64,000 bases of DNA from Nitrospirota bacterium (GTDB lineage: Bacteria > Nitrospirota > UBA9217). The translations under genes and the position numbers were made by a program. This document shows positions 27,431 through 37,323 of the stretch, piece after piece. The number at the start of each line of letters is the position of its first letter. The stretch's first letter is position 1. Where the stretch lies: the NCBI GenBank assembly GCA_963754875.1, contig CAVWHO010000001.1:14879-78878 (forward strand), read 5' to 3'. The notes beneath the pieces are model-generated. The model was not told where the DNA came from, ran no database searches, and saw only the letters and a program-made list of their open reading frames with translations.

Positions 27431-28300
27431 ATGATCAAACCCAACTCAAGACGATTGGCCATCACCCTCTGCCTGGCAATTGCGCTTAGCAGCTGCGGAA
27501 CGAATAATTTCCCGAAATACGAGGACCTTGGCGACCTCCGGATATTGACGATCATCGTCGACCAGCCCGAGGTGAACCCCGGTACGACCGTAACGTTTAC
27601 GCCTGTGTTGAGCGACCTCAACGGCCAGGGGCGCGCCATCAATTTTGCGGTCCAGGGCTGCATCGACCCGGGCGTGGGTATCGGGGCGGTACCGGTTTGC
27701 GTTGCTCCCGATCCTGCCAGTATCCAGACCGGGACAGTAACCATAGCGCCCGGGGCCAGCCAGACCTACACGGGACCGGTTTCATCTTTTACGCTGACCA
27801 TGCCCGATGCGGCCACGATATTTGCCGGAAGAAGCAGCACAGACCAGTATAACGGCGTGGCCTATCTGGTGTTCTATTCCATCAGCGTTCCCAACGGGCC
27901 GACGGTCAACTCCTTCCTGCGGGTCATTATTTCCTCAGCAAGTAAAACGCAGAAGAACCAGGACCCGGTGATGAGCTCCGTCGACATCAACGACAGCCCG
28001 ATTACCGGCATCATCCCCATGCCTGCCTCGTCAGCAAACTTCAGGGTGACCTATCCGCCGAGTTCTGCTGAGACTTATCAAAGTATGCTGCAAGACGGAA
28101 GCGTTACGACGCAAACGGAAGAGCTGATCAGTACGTGGTTCATCTCAGACGGCGCCTTTGATTCGAGCAGAACGATCGGAAATACCGAGGATTCCTGGAC
28201 CCCTCCGGATTCGAAACCGGTTGGCAGAGGAGGTGTCATTTTCGTGGTCACGCGGGACGGCCGGGGAGGAGCTGCGTTTCAGAAGGTAGAAATGAACTAA
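27431..28300 (+). CDS. lipoprotein of unknown function downstream of the TonB-dependent receptor
   Basis: Lipobox LSSC at residues 19-22. 289 aa and Thr/Ser/Pro-rich. Confidence 0.6.
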   Translation: MIKPNSRRLAITLCLAIALSSCGTNNFPKYEDLGDLRILTIIVDQPEVNPGTTVTFTPVLSDLNGQGRAINFAVQGCIDPGVGIGAVPVCVAPDPASIQTGTVTIAPGASQTYTGPVSSFTLTMPDAATIFAGRSSTDQYNGVAYLVFYSISVPNGPTVNSFLRVIISSASKTQKNQDPVMSSVDINDSPITGIIPMPASSANFRVTYPPSSAETYQSMLQDGSVTTQTEELISTWFISDGAFDSSRTIGNTEDSWTPPDSKPVGRGGVIFVVTRDGRGGAAFQKVEMN

Positions 28301-28447
28301 TCAGTTGCAATCAAATTCTTCTCAAAAATGGGGAGAAAATTTACCGCGAAGTCGCTAAGGAAATCTTTAAGTCATGGTATTTAACAGAAGAATCTTCAGC
28401 TCTCCTTCGCGACCATCGCGCCTTAGTGGTTCAGGGGGTTGGGCCGT

Positions 28448-28645
28448 TTATTTTTTTATTAGCCCTATCTCCCCAGCCAGCCCCGCGCCCCCCGAAGTCA
28501 CCCTACCCGAGATATGCTGTAGTAGATTACCGTACCTCCACCCCCTCCGCCGCCGCAATAGGTAAGAAGGAAGGTTGTAGCAGCCATCACAAGAAATGAC
28601 AAAAACAGAAATCTCTTTCGTTTTTAGTTTAATTAAACTCATCAT
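28448..28645 (-). CDS. small hypothetical protein (65 aa) with strong RBS
   Basis: GGAGGT lies 8 nt before ATGATG. An alternative frame across the middle reads like a lipoprotein signal (FLFLSFLVMAATTFLLTYCGGGGGGG). Confidence 0.3.
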   Translation of the reverse strand: MMSLIKLKTKEISVFVISCDGCYNLPSYLLRRRRGWRYGNLLQHISGRVTSGGAGLAGEIGLIKK

Positions 28646-28747
28646 CTTAGGCTACCTCCGTGGAGAAACTTCGTACTCATTGGTATAATTATTGCGCTCG
28701 TTGGAAAACAAGTCGAGGAGGGGGGAATAACGAATTAGCCGCAGGCA

Positions 28748-29836
28748 TCAAACTGTGGTAAACCCCAGCGACTCAGCCAGGGCCTGGTTCACGATCTTGC
28801 CGTGATAGGTGTTCAGCGCACTTCTGATGATCGGGTCTTCCAGTACGGCTTTTTTGATACTTTTGTCTGCGATGATTTTAATATAGGGCAGCGTTGCGTT
28901 CGTGAGGGCCAGCGTTGACGTCCTCGGGTAGGCGCCCGGCATGTTCGCCACGCAATAGTGGATAATGCCGTCAATTGCAAACACGGGATCATCGTGCGTT
29001 GTAGGGTGCGAGGTCTCAATGCATCCACCCTGGTCAATGGAGACGTCAACAATCACCGTACCTTTTTTCATGGTCCCGAGCATCCGCCTGGTGATCAATA
29101 CTGGTGTTCTTCCGCCGGGCACGAGCACCGCGCCAACAATGATGTCCGCATCCCTGATCTCTGCCGCAACAATTTGGGTTGTTACGGGCAGAGTTTCCAC
29201 TCTCCCCATGAACATCTCGTCTATTTTCTGAAGCCGCTCCGTTCCTTTGTTCATGATGACGGTTTCCATGCCGAGATTCGATGCTACCCGGGCCGCGTTC
29301 GTGCCGACCACTCCCGCGCCGAGGATCACGATTTTCGCCGGCTTGACGCCGCTGGCACCCGTTGCCAGGACGCCTGAACCGCCTTTGAACTTCTGGAGAT
29401 AGAAACTCCCCATGAGGGGGGCCATACGACCGGCTATTTCACTCATCGGTGATAAAAGGGGCAGACTATTGTCCTTGGTCAGCGTCTCGTAGGCGATACC
29501 GGTAATACCTTTCCTCAAGAGAACCTCGGTCAGCTCCCGGTTCGGCGCAAGATGGAGATACGTAAAGACCGCCTGCTCGCGCCGGAAAAAGTCATACTCA
29601 GCGGGGACCGGTTCCTTCACCTTGACGATCAGTTCAGCCCTGTCAAAGAGGCTGCGTTTATCGGTCATAGCAGCTCCGGCTTTTTTATACTCTTCGTCAG
29701 TGAACCCGCTGCCCTCTCCGGCATTGGCCTCGACGAGAACCGTGTGGCCGTCCTGTTTCAGATCCTCTACGCCGAAAGGCGTGATGCCGACGCGAAATTC
29801 TTCAACTTTTATTTCTTTGGGGACGCCGATGATCAT
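28748..29836 (-). CDS. ald: alanine dehydrogenase
   Basis: MIIGVPKEIKVEEFRVGITP start and NAD fold ILGAGVVGTNAA. 362 aa from ATG 29836. Confidence 0.9.
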   Translation of the reverse strand: MIIGVPKEIKVEEFRVGITPFGVEDLKQDGHTVLVEANAGEGSGFTDEEYKKAGAAMTDKRSLFDRAELIVKVKEPVPAEYDFFRREQAVFTYLHLAPNRELTEVLLRKGITGIAYETLTKDNSLPLLSPMSEIAGRMAPLMGSFYLQKFKGGSGVLATGASGVKPAKIVILGAGVVGTNAARVASNLGMETVIMNKGTERLQKIDEMFMGRVETLPVTTQIVAAEIRDADIIVGAVLVPGGRTPVLITRRMLGTMKKGTVIVDVSIDQGGCIETSHPTTHDDPVFAIDGIIHYCVANMPGAYPRTSTLALTNATLPYIKIIADKSIKKAVLEDPIIRSALNTYHGKIVNQALAESLGFTTV

Positions 29837-30004
29837 GTCCACTCCTGGGTAACTTTTTCGCACGTATCTACTCAAATAGTAGCATATGCGCCAACGGGCT
29901 GCAGGGCGCTCCGGTCCGTGAATGTTCATGAAAGTATTGACTAAAAGAAAAATTTTCGGTAGTATGTGCCTTCATAAAAAACATATCATCAGGAGGGTTT
30001 TGAA

Positions 30005-30529
30005 ATGGCGGAAGAAAAGAAAGAACCTTGGCTCAATTATCTCGCGCTCACGACGGTGATCTTCGCGGTTTGTGCAACGCTTTCAACGCTCAAAGGCGGC
30101 GGTTACGGATCGAAGGCGGTCATGTCCCAGGCCCAGGCCTCGGACGAGTGGTCCTATTATCAGGCCAAGAGCATCAAAGGGTATCTTTATGAGCTTCAGC
30201 GGGACAAGCTGGACCTGGAACTGAAAGCAGGGGCGCGTGCTGCGGCGGAGTATCGAAAAAAAGTCCAATTCTACCAGGACGAGATAAACCGCTACAGGAC
30301 GGAAAAGGAAGAGATCAAGAAAAAGGCCGACATACTCGAGGCGAGCCGGGACAATGCACAGAAACATTCCGGCGCTTTCGGCCTGGCGGCCATGTTCCTC
30401 CAGATCGCGATCCTGCTCTCATCCATTGCTGCACTGATGAAGCAGAAATACTTCTGGTTTCTCGGCATGGCGTCGGGAGTTTTAGGGCTTTTCTATTTCT
30501 TTAACGGGTTTTTCCTGTTTATGAAGTAA
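30005..30529 (+). CDS. DUF4337 domain membrane protein
   Basis: 174 aa. N-terminal TM helix, SDEWSYYQAKSIK coiled-coil region and two C-terminal TM helices. Confidence 0.6.
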   Translation: MAEEKKEPWLNYLALTTVIFAVCATLSTLKGGGYGSKAVMSQAQASDEWSYYQAKSIKGYLYELQRDKLDLELKAGARAAAEYRKKVQFYQDEINRYRTEKEEIKKKADILEASRDNAQKHSGAFGLAAMFLQIAILLSSIAALMKQKYFWFLGMASGVLGLFYFFNGFFLFMK

Positions 30530-30547
30530 AGGACGCACGAGGGTAAC

Positions 30548-30588
30548 CCGCAAAAAAAAGTCCGTCATTGACGGACTTTTTTTTGCGG
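30548..30588. terminator. bidirectional intrinsic terminator
   Basis: ccgc-A8-gtccgt-cattg-acggac-T8-gcgg, lying between convergent genes. Confidence 0.8.
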
Positions 30589-30612
30589 ACAGGGCAGGCC
30601 GGTTCGCCCGCC

Positions 30613-31953
30613 CTATTTTTCAAAGTCAATTGCTTCGCCCCTGCCGATCTCTTCGCTGCTCTGGCTTACCACGGCGGTAGACGTCCGATCCTTCACCAGA
30701 AAGACCAGCACCTCACCGACCGCCTTTCTCGGAAAGCCCTTCTTTCCCGGCTCTTGGTATACGATAAACCGGTCGCCCGGCTCAACGCCGTCCAGACTTC
30801 CTTTATCCAGGTAAACGATGTCCGTCTGGGCGTTAATCGTATGATGGTCCGCCACTTCGAGAATATATCCTGAAATATCTTTTGACCCTTTTTGCGATGA
30901 TCGATAGATAAGGGACGGTTCCTGATAGGGGGTCAAGAGGTTTTTCCTCTCGATGTCTCCGAACGAGAGGGTGATCCGCGCAGTGAGCACGTCACTCGAA
31001 TCCTTGGCCGTAATCTGGAGGATGCCCAGTCCCCGGATGAGCCGTCCATAGCGCTCGCCGGTTTTCGGGTGCCTTACCCTCTCCAGCGGCACGTAAATCA
31101 GGTATTTGTCTCCGACATTCACGCTCTCTTTTGAACGTACGTGGATATAAACAATGTCGTCATAGGCATACATTGTTTTCCCTTTGTCTGCCGCGCCGAC
31201 GATCATGTCGCTGCTCTCGATGTTGTTCACAAAGCCGGCGCTGAGCATGGAGTATTTGTCGATGATCGGGACGGGATGCTCCTCGGGCGCAATGAGCTTC
31301 CCTTCCGAGGGGGCCGCTTCTTCAGGGGCTTCTGCCGAAGGAGCAGGCTGCGCCGTTTTTGGCTGCACGGCAGGGCTTTCCGCAGGCTTTGGTTCCTGAA
31401 CCGGTGCCGCTGCTTCTTCTTTCGGGGCGGGCTGCTGCTCGATTGCCTGTTCCGCGGGGGCCGTCTCGGCCGGGGCCTGGATGGCGCGTTCCAGGGGGGC
31501 GAGATTTGGAATGGAAAGTTTATTGCCGGCAAAGATCAGATCCGGGTTGGTTATGCCCGGATTTGCTTTCCAGATGAATGGCCAGAGAAAAGGATCTTTC
31601 AGAAACGTGTTCGCAATGTCCCAGAGCGTATCGCCCTGTTTGATCGTGTATGCGGTTTCCTCTTCAGGAGCAGGGGCCGACTGCTCCGCGGCCGGTGACG
31701 GCGCTTGCAGCTGTTGTTCTTCCGGCGCCGACTCTGCTTGTTTTCCCGCGGGAGCGCTTACCGTGTCGCCCTGCTTCTGCCGGACCGCTTCCCCGGTTTT
31801 TTCGGGCTGCGGCGCTGCAGGGGTGTTCTGCTCCTGGGAAACGGCGATACCGGGAGCAAACAGGACAAGCAAAAAAAGAAGAGCAAGGCATGCTGCCTGT
31901 GAAATGGCGTCCAACCGTTTGGTCATTCCTGCCTCCTGACGTATTAGTTTCAT
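30613..31953 (-). CDS. LysM peptidoglycan-binding protein with Pro/Ala/Glu-rich linkers
   Basis: LysM motif YTIKQGDTLWDIANTFL...IFAGNKLSIP plus a signal peptide. An alternative start is at 31926. Confidence 0.8.
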   Translation of the reverse strand: MKLIRQEAGMTKRLDAISQAACLALLFLLVLFAPGIAVSQEQNTPAAPQPEKTGEAVRQKQGDTVSAPAGKQAESAPEEQQLQAPSPAAEQSAPAPEEETAYTIKQGDTLWDIANTFLKDPFLWPFIWKANPGITNPDLIFAGNKLSIPNLAPLERAIQAPAETAPAEQAIEQQPAPKEEAAAPVQEPKPAESPAVQPKTAQPAPSAEAPEEAAPSEGKLIAPEEHPVPIIDKYSMLSAGFVNNIESSDMIVGAADKGKTMYAYDDIVYIHVRSKESVNVGDKYLIYVPLERVRHPKTGERYGRLIRGLGILQITAKDSSDVLTARITLSFGDIERKNLLTPYQEPSLIYRSSQKGSKDISGYILEVADHHTINAQTDIVYLDKGSLDGVEPGDRFIVYQEPGKKGFPRKAVGEVLVFLVKDRTSTAVVSQSSEEIGRGEAIDFEK

Positions 31954-32302
31954 TTATTTTTCCCCGTACCAGTGAGCCCTGGCATCGCGGTGATCCGTGT
32001 TCCGGCAATGCAAGCAGGCAGACCGCACCGGCGAATCGGTAGGAAACCCGAGAGTCGGACCGATGGCGGAAATATTTGTGTCGGTGCACATTCCGAAGCG
32101 ATCCTCCTCGTGCCGTTAGGCAAACGCGCTGGGTCCCTCTCTTCAATCCCGATGGCCGTCCGCTTGCCCTTGTAAAGGGGCTTGCTGGGGCCGATTTTTT
32201 CTAAAGATTAACGAGAAACCTCTGGTTTGTCAAGAGAATAATAGAAACCGGGCCAAACCATACCTTGCTTTTGACCGGTGTTTTTGGTATTCTGCCGTTA
32301 CC

Positions 32303-34492
32303 ATGGTTATTGACAGCAAAGAAGGCCAAACCGGGCGGAAAGGAGTCCTGTATCTCTTCGGGTTTCTCGCACTGACCGCACTTGCCATAGTGCTGCAACT
32401 CGAGCACCGGGGGTTTGGAGGCCCGCTTTCCGACAACATTCTCATATTCCTGCTCGTGAGCGCGAACTTCCTGCTCTTTGCCGTTGTTATCGTCATGATC
32501 GCCAAGAGCCTCTGGAAGCTCTCGGTCGAGCGAAAACACGGAGTGCTGGGCGCCCGCTTCCGGAGAAAGCTCGTTTTTGCCTTTGTCAGCCTTTCCTTCA
32601 TCCCGCCTGTTCTTCTGTACTTTATCGGGAGCGGCATGTTCACCAGCAGTATTGAACGGTTGTTCAGTCTGCGCATTGAAAATTCGCTGAAAGATTCCGT
32701 TGCTCTGACGCAGGAATATTACGACCGGCTTCAAAAGGACGCCTTTTTTTTTGCGAAGCAGATCAGCAGGCAGATGAGCGAAACCCACCTCCTGACGCGA
32801 TTTGAAAACCCCGTACTCAAGGATTATCTGTTAAAAAAGGGGAATGAGTACGGCCTGGGATCGGTCGAGCTTTTCCTTGGACCGAATAAACGCGCCATAG
32901 GCGTCGTTACCGGCCAATATCCGGCCAGGACTTTTACCCGGACACCGTCTGATCTGGTGGCCGAGGCGCTCGCGGGCCAGGAAGCAGCTGATGTATCGAG
33001 TGCGGGAAGAAAGGGTGATATCCTGCGGGCGGTGGTTCCGCTTTACGAAACTCCGGAGGGGGGGGCGGTGGCTGCTGCAGTCGCGGTCAGTTATTATGTC
33101 CCGCAGCACCTGTCGAAGAAAGTGGACATGATCCGCGACGGGTACGTGCAGTACCGGCAGGCGTTCAAAGAAAAAGAACCGATCAAGGTCGCCTACCAGC
33201 TCGGTTTTCTTGCCGTTACCCTCACGCTCCTTCTTGCCGCGATCTGGGTGGCGCTCCGGGTCGCTGCAGGCATCACCGTTCCGATCAAGAAGCTGGCTGA
33301 AGGGACCGCGGCGGTAGCGGCAGGCAAATTCGATTACCGGATCGACGAGAAGTCCGGCGATGAAGTGGGTGTGCTGATCGATTCCTTCAACTCGATGACT
33401 CAGGAGCTCAAGGCCTCCCGGGAGCGGCTCGAGCAGGAAATGAACTATAAGAAGACGATCCTGTCGAACATCGACACGGGAGTCGTATCCATCGATCGGG
33501 CGGCCCGGATAACAACGGTCAACCAGTCCGCCTCGGAGGTCCTCGGCATCCGGGAAGAGGACGTGCTCGGGAAACGGTACGATGAGGCCTTCGGGTTCAT
33601 CGAGCTGGACCCGATCCGCGGCCTGTTCCGCAAGCTGGAAGAGGGCCAGGGATGGGCCGAGGAGGAACTGCAACTGAACGTTCGCGGCCGCATGCTTACC
33701 TTGCGGATGCGGGTCTCGACCCTCCGCGACGGCGGAGGCATGCTCATCGGCTCGGTCATTACCTTCGACGATCTTACCGAGCTCCTCCGGGCGAAAAAAG
33801 CAGAGACCTGGCAGGACGTTGCCAGGCGGATCGCGCATGAGTTCAAAAATCCGCTGACGCCCATCAAACTTTCCGCAGAACGTCTTCGGAAGAAACATGC
33901 CGAGGGGGCGCCGGACTTTGACGCCGTGTTCGACGAGTGCAGCCGAACAATCGTCCAGGAAGCCGACGGCCTGCGGAACCTTGTCGACGAGTTTGCGAAT
34001 TTTGCCCGAATGCCGAGTGCAAACCCTGTCCCGCAGCCGCTGGCGCCGGTGCTCGAAAGCGTGGTCCAGCTTTACAGCGGTGCGCACAAGGACATCGCGG
34101 TTGTGAAAGACATTACGCCGGGCATGCCCTTTGTGCTTCTGGACAGTGAACAGATAAAGCGGGTATTCATCAACCTTTTCGAAAATGCCGTGGAGGCGAT
34201 GGGCGGCAAAGGCAGGATCTGGATCACGGCGGGAATGAAATCCGACAGTGCGGCGCAGATCATCGTGGCCGATGAGGGCGCGGGGATAGCGGATGAAGAC
34301 GTTCCCAGGCTGTTTGAACCTGATTTTTCGAGGAAGAAGAAAAAGAGCGGACTCGGCCTCGCCATCGTTCTCCGGATCATCAAGGACCACGGCGGATCCA
34401 TACGCATGGAGCAGAACAGGCCCCGGGGTGCGCGGTTCGTCATCGAGCTGCCGGTTGCGATCAAGAACACAGAAGTGCATAGTTCATACTAG
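32303..34492 (+). CDS. NtrY-like sensor histidine kinase (TM, HAMP, PAS, HisKA, HATPase)
   Basis: 729 aa. H-box AHEFKNPLTPIKLSAERL and G-boxes DEGAGI and SGLGLAIV. No cognate regulator gene is adjacent. Confidence 0.85.
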   Translation: MVIDSKEGQTGRKGVLYLFGFLALTALAIVLQLEHRGFGGPLSDNILIFLLVSANFLLFAVVIVMIAKSLWKLSVERKHGVLGARFRRKLVFAFVSLSFIPPVLLYFIGSGMFTSSIERLFSLRIENSLKDSVALTQEYYDRLQKDAFFFAKQISRQMSETHLLTRFENPVLKDYLLKKGNEYGLGSVELFLGPNKRAIGVVTGQYPARTFTRTPSDLVAEALAGQEAADVSSAGRKGDILRAVVPLYETPEGGAVAAAVAVSYYVPQHLSKKVDMIRDGYVQYRQAFKEKEPIKVAYQLGFLAVTLTLLLAAIWVALRVAAGITVPIKKLAEGTAAVAAGKFDYRIDEKSGDEVGVLIDSFNSMTQELKASRERLEQEMNYKKTILSNIDTGVVSIDRAARITTVNQSASEVLGIREEDVLGKRYDEAFGFIELDPIRGLFRKLEEGQGWAEEELQLNVRGRMLTLRMRVSTLRDGGGMLIGSVITFDDLTELLRAKKAETWQDVARRIAHEFKNPLTPIKLSAERLRKKHAEGAPDFDAVFDECSRTIVQEADGLRNLVDEFANFARMPSANPVPQPLAPVLESVVQLYSGAHKDIAVVKDITPGMPFVLLDSEQIKRVFINLFENAVEAMGGKGRIWITAGMKSDSAAQIIVADEGAGIADEDVPRLFEPDFSRKKKKSGLGLAIVLRIIKDHGGSIRMEQNRPRGARFVIELPVAIKNTEVHSSY

Positions 34493-34579
34493 AAGAAGTG
34501 CGATCTCTCACTCAACTGCCGAAACTTTGAACGGTGAACACTCTGAACTTTGCATTTTCTAAAGGGGAGGACCTACATT

Positions 34580-34948
34580 TTGGATACAGCATCAACAATA
34601 CTGATTACACTCGCCGCAATCTACCTGATCATAAAACTGTTCGGCTACCTGAGCCGGCTGGGAATCAAGCAGCTTTCCCCGCGTGATCTTGACCAGAAAA
34701 AGGGGATCGTCCTCCTCGACGTCCGCACGGACAAAGAGTACGCACAGGGGCATATTCCCGGCGCCGTCCACGTTCCGCTTACGGATATCGGCGAAAAAGT
34801 CAAAAAACTCAAGAAGGACAAGGACGTTGTCGTTTTTTGCCAGAACGGGAACCGCAGCATCTGGGCGATCAAGCGGCTGATGGGCATGGGCTACAAGAAC
34901 CTGTATAATCTAAAGGGCGGCTATCGTGCCTGGAAAAGAACTCATTGA
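34580..34948 (+). CDS. membrane-anchored rhodanese-domain sulfurtransferase
   Basis: GGGGAGG RBS 9 nt before TTG 34580 (the ORF is open from 34550). Active-site loop CQNGNRS. Confidence 0.75.
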   Translation: MDTASTILITLAAIYLIIKLFGYLSRLGIKQLSPRDLDQKKGIVLLDVRTDKEYAQGHIPGAVHVPLTDIGEKVKKLKKDKDVVVFCQNGNRSIWAIKRLMGMGYKNLYNLKGGYRAWKRTH

Positions 34949-35579
34949 TGAACTGAAACGCGACTACCGCTTGAAGAGGCCGCAGATCGTGAAGCGCCTT
35001 GCCGAGTTTAGGAAAAGGTATACAAAAGGCGACCGCGCGATCTTCGAAGAGCTCTGTTACTGTATCGTGACTGCCGGCAGCAGTGCGAAGATGGGCATGA
35101 AGACGGTGGAAGCGCTTCAAGATATTTTGCATTCGGGAAGCGAGCGGGAGCTTCGAAAGCGAGCACAGGCGCACCGTGTGAGGTTCTGGCGCGTCCGGAC
35201 TTCCTACATCTATCACACCCGCGAATATTTGCGCGATGCCTGCGGCCTCAAGCTCCGCCGGCTGCTTGAGTCCTTCGACTGCCGGGACGCCCGCCGAGAT
35301 TTTTTCGCACAGAACAAATCCGTCAAAGGCCTGGGGTATAAAGAAACGAGCCACTTCCTCCGGAACATCGGTTTTCCCGGATATGCTATCCTTGATAAAC
35401 ACATCATGAACAGCCTCCGCGAAATGGGTGTGATCAGTAAAAGCATGCGCCAGACGACGCGGACCGGATACCTGGAAATCGAGAAACGGCTTGAACAGTT
35501 TGCTCATGAGATCGGAATCGATATGGACCATCTCGACCTGCTCCTGTGGTCGCGAAAGACGGGAGAAATATTGAAATAA
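34926..35579 (+). CDS. ogg: Ogg2-type 8-oxoguanine DNA glycosylase/AP lyase
   Basis: 217 aa. HhH-GPD elements LCYCIVTAGSSAKMG and KGLGYKETSHFLRNIG, and the catalytic D in AILDKH. Confidence 0.75.
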   Translation: MPGKELIDELKRDYRLKRPQIVKRLAEFRKRYTKGDRAIFEELCYCIVTAGSSAKMGMKTVEALQDILHSGSERELRKRAQAHRVRFWRVRTSYIYHTREYLRDACGLKLRRLLESFDCRDARRDFFAQNKSVKGLGYKETSHFLRNIGFPGYAILDKHIMNSLREMGVISKSMRQTTRTGYLEIEKRLEQFAHEIGIDMDHLDLLLWSRKTGEILK

Positions 35580-36477
35580 CAGCGGACGGCAGGCAAGCAG
35601 GGTGCTCCAGAAGTGGTGCGGGATTGCATTATCCTTGCGAAAGCTCTTGGGTATTTGAAAGCATGTGTCGTGATTTTAAATGAGCGCATGGAAGTAGAAT
35701 GGTGCAAGAACCAGCATTTATGTTTACGTGTATTGTAAACGCTTTTAATGACCGGCCGTAACATCAGTGAATATCCTCCTCTCCCTGGACAACGAATAGA
35801 AGCAATTATACATTTCCTGTATCCTTTAAAGTTTCCATTTCTCTAAACTGATAAAGCTGCCATTATCGACACCATCTACCCCACAAAAAATTTAACATCT
35901 TTGACCTCACCGGGGATCGCGCGGCAACTCCAGCTGTAATCGATTTCATCGATAAGCCCCTAACAATATTGATTATTCCATGGCCGCGCCTCCTTTGCAA
36001 CATGTGCAATCCCCCCAAAAAGTCACCCAAAAAAGCCATAAAAAAAGCAAATCTTAACTTGACGTACGCATCGAAAAATGATAAATAATCCCCACACTAT
36101 TCAAGTCCCTTCCTTCTACTAGAGGTAATCATCTTCCTTGTTTGCGAAGGTCATCCAGATAGATGGACGCACCAGGGAACGACGTCATATGTTCCCGTCG
36201 ACAGCGGCAGATCATCTCCGTGAAGTTGAACGCGCACATTGCTGAAAAATTTTTTGTCTTGACTTGAACAAATAAAGTCTTTTTTGCCGTACCTCCAACC
36301 TTGAAGAGTAGAGTCGCAACATTCGCAAAGTAATCAATGGGAAGCACGAATCAAGCAGGGGAAGGTGTGGACGCCGTCTCTGTATTGATGGCTCCTGCCC
36401 TGCCGTTTCTTTGATACAACTTACAAAATCAACCTAAATACGCCCGCCGGCAACAATGTGCGCAGAGGAGCAGCCCT

Positions 36478-37176
36478 ATGAGGAAACGGAGAGCCGTCGT
36501 TATCGATGACGAAGAGATTATTATCCATCTGTTAAAGGATTTTTTTTCCACAAGGAATTATGAGGTGCTCTCTTATACGAGGCCTGTTGTTTGTCCGATT
36601 TCTGATGATAAAGGAAATCCCTGTAACACCGATTATCCTTGTGCTGACGTTGTCATCACGGACTTCAATATGCCCGACATGAACGGTCTTGAGCTGCTCC
36701 AGGAGCAATCGACGCACGGATGCAAGCTGATGAGGCAGAATAAGGCAGTGATGTCGGGGTATATTGATGAGGAGAGTCAGAAACAGATCAAACGACTGGG
36801 ATACGCTTTCTTTCAAAAACCGATAGAATTCGCTGATTTTTCAGCCTGGCTGGACGAGTGTGAAAAAAGGGTGGATCTTTCGAAGCCGTTAGGCTCTCGG
36901 AGAAAAGAAACACGGCGTGCAACCCAGTACGAGGTGCGATGCCTGGTGGATCTTACGAACGAACTCGTGAACGGCTTGACCGTCAATATCAGCGACGGCG
37001 GTCTCTGCCTCAAGCTTGCAGCCCCTCTCGTGACAAAGCAGACAATACACCTCGATACGGTTCACCCTATTTTGGCATGCCGCACTGCATCGGTGCAGTG
37101 GGTGAGTAGGAATCAGGACGGCTCGTATCTGGCAGGTTTGTCTTGTCATCAGGATCACGCAGCGGCCCAACTTTAA
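36478..37176 (+). CDS. response regulator: receiver domain fused to PilZ domain
   Basis: VVIDDEE...VITDFNMPDMNG receiver, then the PilZ signatures RRKETRR and NISDGGLCL. Confidence 0.8.
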   Translation: MRKRRAVVIDDEEIIIHLLKDFFSTRNYEVLSYTRPVVCPISDDKGNPCNTDYPCADVVITDFNMPDMNGLELLQEQSTHGCKLMRQNKAVMSGYIDEESQKQIKRLGYAFFQKPIEFADFSAWLDECEKRVDLSKPLGSRRKETRRATQYEVRCLVDLTNELVNGLTVNISDGGLCLKLAAPLVTKQTIHLDTVHPILACRTASVQWVSRNQDGSYLAGLSCHQDHAAAQL

Positions 37177-37323
37177 ATGCTATGCGCAATTCTTTTAATT
37201 GCCCTCGTCACAATTGTGCTTGCAGCAACTGCCAAATGCAAATACTGTTCACTACAGTAATCAACTCAATATCATCACGCTATTTTTCGCATTTCGTTTT
37301 TTGCTTCCTACTGCCTACCGGGG

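Noticed and set aside
31141-32146. Several 65-185 aa ORFs on both strands around the LysM gene
   Set aside because: They are generated by the Pro/Ala/Glu-rich low-complexity coding repeats of the LysM protein. None has an RBS or motifs.
32831-34480. 549-aa minus-strand ORF
   Set aside because: It is antisense to the NtrY-like kinase, which has clear H, N and G boxes.
36129-36347. 72-aa minus-strand ORF in the long non-coding gap
   Set aside because: It has no RBS and no recognisable family, and its AT-rich codon usage is atypical. It is kept only as part of the gap finding.
36290-36477. Possible c-di-GMP (GEMM) riboswitch in front of the PilZ regulator (cgcaaag, ggacgcc strings)
   Set aside because: The conserved GEMM-I cores (GCAAA...GGACGCAAAGCC in paired P1a/P1b context) cannot be assembled. 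The resemblance is limited to short strings.
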